Shown here in pieces: positions 62,934 to 64,000 of a DNA stretch of 64,000 bases. The notes below the pieces were generated by a model. That model saw nothing but the letters and a program-made list of their open reading frames with translations. It was not told the origin of the DNA and made no database searches. Origin of the DNA: Spirochaetota bacterium (GTDB lineage Bacteria; Spirochaetota; UBA12135; COTS27; JAFLEE01). How positions within the stretch are numbered: position 1 is the stretch's first letter; each line of letters opens with the position of its first letter. Location: positions 20,752 to 84,751 of the forward strand of contig JAFLEE010000010.1 in the NCBI GenBank assembly GCA_017302015.1, read 5' to 3'. Both the position numbers and the translations under genes were made by a program.

Positions 62934-64000
<1,067 letters not shown>

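Overview
High-GC (~65%) bacterial chromosomal segment, annotated by eye from the six-frame ORF track and my own translations. No tools were run and every domain call rests on motif recognition. Layout: (1) 1-7.6 kb, a co-directional minus-strand string: Ddl-like ATP-grasp ligase (partial), B12-binding-domain protein, small membrane protein, opine-dehydrogenase-family enzyme, ArsB/NhaD-type permease, AsnB-like amidotransferase. (2) 8-18.6 kb, accessory-looking genes: DUF2341-like exported protein, CPA1 Na+/H+ antiporter, GGDEF cyclase, a low-GC island with a secreted protein, two paralogous lipoproteins (one frameshifted, LysM tail), a NarL-type two-component system, tRNA-Met(CAU), an esterase. 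(3) 19-25.7 kb, yajC-secD-secF-gmk-rpoZ-miaA-manC-moxR. (4) 25.7-29.1 kb, minus strand: NorQ/CbbQ-like AAA+ ATPase, a 551-aa protein of unknown function, nadK. (5) 29.4-47.3 kb, one uninterrupted ribosomal super-operon (str-S10-spc-alpha: rpsL to rplQ, with fusA, tuf, secY, infA, rpoA) behind a canonical sigma70 promoter, ending in a translationally coupled dksA-like gene and priA. (6) 49.7-53.0 kb, minus-strand triad: PPP-family phosphatase, multi-zinc-ribbon protein, 528-aa membrane-anchored protein of unknown function. (7) menF-menD-menH-menB-menA, argH, a TonB-dependent receptor, then a TPP riboswitch upstream of a partial thiC. No CRISPR arrays, transposases or rRNA genes were seen. Most long ORFs antisense to conserved genes are high-GC artefacts.
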